The notes under the pieces: model-generated
What the model saw: the letters and a program-made list of their open reading frames with translations, nothing else
Database searches by the model: none
What the model was told of the DNA's origin: nothing
Shown: piece after piece, positions 35,941 through 38,079 of the stretch
Position numbering within the stretch: the stretch's first letter is position 1
Layout of the letters: each line of letters opens with the position of its first letter
NCBI GenBank assembly: GCA_002708885.1
Contig: PAPL01000002.1
Span: 50,697 to 88,775, forward strand
Direction: 5' to 3'
Origin: Verrucomicrobiales bacterium
GTDB lineage: Bacteria; Verrucomicrobiota; Verrucomicrobiia; Verrucomicrobiales; DEV007
Length of the DNA stretch: 38,079 nucleotides
Translations under genes and position numbers: made by a program

Positions 35941-36868
35941 TTATAAGAGAATCCTTACTCTTATTTCTTTTGCTGTTTTTTTTAGTATAACAGTTATTTT
36001 CTTGCAGGGATGCAAGCCAAATAAGAGTCAATTTTCTGGCACTAATGCCTATCAACATGTGGAATCGTTGGTGGATTTTGGTCCTCGAATTCCTGGTTCT
36101 CAAGCCATAGAAAATGCACGTCTGTACATAGAGAGAAAGTTACAAGAATTTGGATGGGTGACGGTCCGTCAATCATTCAATGATGATACTCCTAATGGAT
36201 CCATAGAATTTATTAACCTTAGGGCCCGGTTTCCAATGATTCCTGATGATGGTATTGAGTGGAAGGATGGGGGGAATATAATTTTATTATGTTCACACTA
36301 CGATACCAAAATATTGAAAGGCATTGAATTTATCGGAGCCAATGATGGGGGGTCAAGTACAGGAGTATTGCTGGAATTGGCTAGAGTTTTTTCCAATTCT
36401 ACAGAAATGGCAAGGAGAGTTGAGTTGGTGTTTTTCGATGGTGAAGAAGCGATAGTGGATTTCACCCCCACTGATGGTCTTTATGGTAGCCGTTATTATG
36501 CAAAATTTTGGAGAAGTGCTCCAATTGATAAGAAGCCAGAAGCAGCATATGTTCTCGATTTAGTTGGTGATAAGAGTATGCGTATTGATCCACCATATGA
36601 TTCGCCTTCTAACCTACTCTCAGAATTATACACAGCAGCTAACAATTTGGGTCATAGATCCCTATTTGGGATTTATCCTACCCCAATAACTGATGACCAT
36701 GTTCCGCTTAATGCAGCGGGCATTCCGGCCTTAAATATTATTGATTCGCATTATATTAGCAAAGGCAAGTGGCATACTGCTGGGGACAATTTGAATTCAA
36801 TTTCAGAGGAAAATATGGATATTATTGGAGAAGTGGTGGAAGAACTAATGAAAATAAAACTTAACTGA
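35930..36868 (+). CDS. M28-family lipoprotein, glutaminyl-peptide cyclotransferase-like
   Basis: It has the lipobox FLQGC, CSHYDTK, GANDGGSSTGVLLELAR, VFFDGEEA, YGSRYYA, VLDLVG and TDDHVPL, which is the QC/M28 pattern. The track start at 35921 is GTG; the ATG is at 35930. It overlaps the parB 3' end. Confidence 0.8.
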   Translation: MQISYKRILTLISFAVFFSITVIFLQGCKPNKSQFSGTNAYQHVESLVDFGPRIPGSQAIENARLYIERKLQEFGWVTVRQSFNDDTPNGSIEFINLRARFPMIPDDGIEWKDGGNIILLCSHYDTKILKGIEFIGANDGGSSTGVLLELARVFSNSTEMARRVELVFFDGEEAIVDFTPTDGLYGSRYYAKFWRSAPIDKKPEAAYVLDLVGDKSMRIDPPYDSPSNLLSELYTAANNLGHRSLFGIYPTPITDDHVPLNAAGIPALNIIDSHYISKGKWHTAGDNLNSISEENMDIIGEVVEELMKIKLN

Positions 36869-36974
36869 TAGGATATTTCTGTTCGATCTCATAGAGATAA
36901 AAATTATTCTTATAGTTAGTTAAATTTAAATCATTTTTGTATATAACAATATAATTTCAGTTATTTAATTATTC

Positions 36975-37008
36975 TAAATAAATTATTTTATTAAATAAAT
37001 TATTTTAT
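36975..37008. repeat. Perfect tandem duplication of a 17-bp unit, TAAATAAATTATTTTAT x2
   Basis: Read directly: 36975-36991 is identical to 36992-37008. It sits in a 238-bp almost pure A/T spacer, about 100 bp upstream of the Lys-rich ORF. Confidence 0.9.
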
Positions 37009-37106
37009 TATTGATAATATTAGATATATTATTCACTTTCATATAGTTAAGAATTCATATATGAGGCGGCACATCATAATTAAAATAAAATATACCCCTG
37101 AAAAAA

Positions 37107-37520
37107 ATGGTTAGTAGAGCACAAAAAATAAAAACTCTCGAAGAAAGAATTAATGCACTTAAGCGTGAGGCCACTACCGAGTTAAAAAAAACTATTAAAC
37201 AGAAGGAAAGAGAAATACAAAAATTAGGCCAAGAGTATGTCCAGACCTTTAATGACGATTTTGTATTCAAAGTCAGTGTCAGAAAGAATGATAAAAAAAA
37301 TCTCACAAAAAAAATAACTGGAAGGCAGAGACTCACTAAACAAGACAAGATAAAATTACAAGATCAGATAACCAAATACCTGTCACGTACACCCCGGAGT
37401 ATTTCTGAAATCTGTGAAAAGGTTGGCAGGCCTGTGAATCAAGTGAGAAATGTTCTGAGGAATATCAAACGATTAAAGAAGCAGGGAGCAAAGAGAAATA
37501 CGACTTACGTTATAAAATAA
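37107..37520 (+). CDS. Lysine-rich small protein: N-terminal coiled-coil plus a C-terminal winged-helix-like segment (hypothetical DNA-binding protein)
   Basis: 137 aa. It has a heptad-like N-terminus (IKTLEERINALKREATTELKKTIKQKEREIQKL), a basic linker (KKITGRQRLTKQDK), and a wHTH-like C-terminus (SISEICEKVGRPVNQVRNVLRNIKRLKKQG). The antisense ORF at 37055-37348 is Phe-rich mirror noise. Confidence 0.5.
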   Translation: MVSRAQKIKTLEERINALKREATTELKKTIKQKEREIQKLGQEYVQTFNDDFVFKVSVRKNDKKNLTKKITGRQRLTKQDKIKLQDQITKYLSRTPRSISEICEKVGRPVNQVRNVLRNIKRLKKQGAKRNTTYVIK

Positions 37521-37611
37521 GGCCAATCTTCAATAATTTATGCTTCTATTGTTTTACCCGCATAGAATTATAAAAACTGATCATTTAAAGATAAAACAAT
37601 AAAACTTTATC

Positions 37612-37639
37612 TTGCGAATAAATTCTCTTTTGGTAGTTT
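37612..37639 (+). promoter_or_regulatory. Candidate sigma70-type promoter for tRNA-Arg (TTGCGA-16 nt-TAGTTT, then a GC-rich discriminator CCCGC)
   Basis: The hexamers and spacing were read directly. It lies about 45 nt upstream of the tRNA 5' end. Promoter consensus for this lineage is unknown. Confidence 0.3.
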
Positions 37640-37683
37640 TCCCGCTACTTTTAAGTAGATCTGCTTTATTGATCTCTTAATTA

Positions 37684-37757
37684 GCGCCCGTAGCTCAACT
37701 GGATAGAGTGCCTGACTACGGATCAGGAGGTTAGGGGTTCGACTCCTCTCGGGCGCG
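37684..37757 (+). tRNA. tRNA-Arg (anticodon ACG)
   Basis: I folded a cloverleaf by hand. The acceptor is GCGCCCG/CGGGCGC. The anticodon stem is CCTGA/TCAGG with loop CT-ACG-GA. The T-arm is AGGGG-TTCGACT-CCTCT, and the discriminator is G. No CCA is encoded. Confidence 0.95.
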
Positions 37758-38079
37758 CTTCTTTTTTTCCCTGCTATTACAGACTGAAGCTATTCTTTGA
37801 TTAAAATTCATGCACGTTTTGTGTCTTCAGATGAAGAATTTTAAATCACTTCGCATCACTAATATTTAGTCTGATTTTTAACCGCTTGAGAATTCAAAAT
37901 AGTTTACAGCTATATCATACAGAAAATCGTCGAAAACTGGTTTCTTGCTAAACCATTAATCATAGTGATATATCTCTTTATTTGATAGCTAGTTACTTGA
38001 ATCTTATAACTAAAAATTCCAACTCAATAGTATCAGAAATTAGTATCTTGATTTCTTAATTTCGTTGTTAATTAATTTT

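Noticed and set aside
37293-37314. Two A8 homopolymer tracts in the Lys-rich ORF looked like possible phase-variation switches. Other A8/T8 runs occur near 12621, 20141 and 20262.
   Set aside because: Runs of 8 A or T are expected in an AT-rich genome that encodes Lys with AAA. There is no evidence of frameshifted alternative ORFs, and 8 nt is at the low end for slipped-strand switching.
37055-37348. A 97-aa hydrophobic ORF lies on the minus strand, overlapping the Lys-rich ORF.
   Set aside because: Its Phe/Leu richness is simply the complement of the AAA/AAG-rich sense strand. The + strand ORF is longer and shows coiled-coil and wHTH-like organisation. Expression data would settle which strand is real.
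1-38079. I looked for CRISPR arrays, IS elements or transposases, integrases, toxin-antitoxin pairs, restriction-modification systems and other defence-island genes.
   Set aside because: I found no spaced direct-repeat arrays, no terminal inverted repeats flanking an ORF, and no recognisable nuclease, recombinase, reverse-transcriptase or methyltransferase (DNA) motifs in any ORF of the track.

Overview
This is a densely packed window, about 93% coding by my tally of ORF coordinates, from a visibly AT-rich bacterial chromosome. I call 34 protein-coding genes and one tRNA. I see no rRNA, CRISPR array, transposase, integrase or obvious phage or defence genes.

Most of the content is housekeeping:
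- The 3' end of an ExbD/TonB cluster, then fabF and apt.
- A heme-precursor operon: hemX-like, hemA, hemC and a fused cobA-hemD.
- rpsU, a fused secDF, and leuCD.
- An MsbA-like ABC exporter.
- An M1 peptidase with a DUF6702-like partner.
- A phnD-C-E-E phosphonate-type importer and a quinone-oxidoreductase-family dehydrogenase.
- A ParC/GyrA-type topoisomerase subunit, mtnP, avtA, infA, parB, an M28/glutaminyl-cyclase-like lipoprotein, and tRNA-Arg(ACG).

Protein features (C-terminal 'SSDLKKW...FYRL' module, charged tails, Bacteroidetes-like ParC) hint at a marine PVC- or FCB-type organism. I cannot assign taxonomy from sequence alone.

I did not find a clear-cut multi-gene novel system. The best second-look candidates are:
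1. A single-barrel 'core' MetE-type methyltransferase packed against an MBL-fold protein.
2. A lysine-rich coiled-coil/wHTH-like small protein behind an AT-rich region with a perfect 17-bp tandem repeat, next to tRNA-Arg and an ORF-free AT-rich tail.
3. A glutaminyl-cyclase-like lipoprotein together with two secreted proteins whose predicted mature N-terminus is Gln.
4. Charged low-complexity extensions on ParC, IF-1 and S21.
5. Systematic compression of all six convergent gene junctions to 17 bp or less, three of them touching or overlapping.

All functional calls rest on motif recognition by eye. No database search was run.
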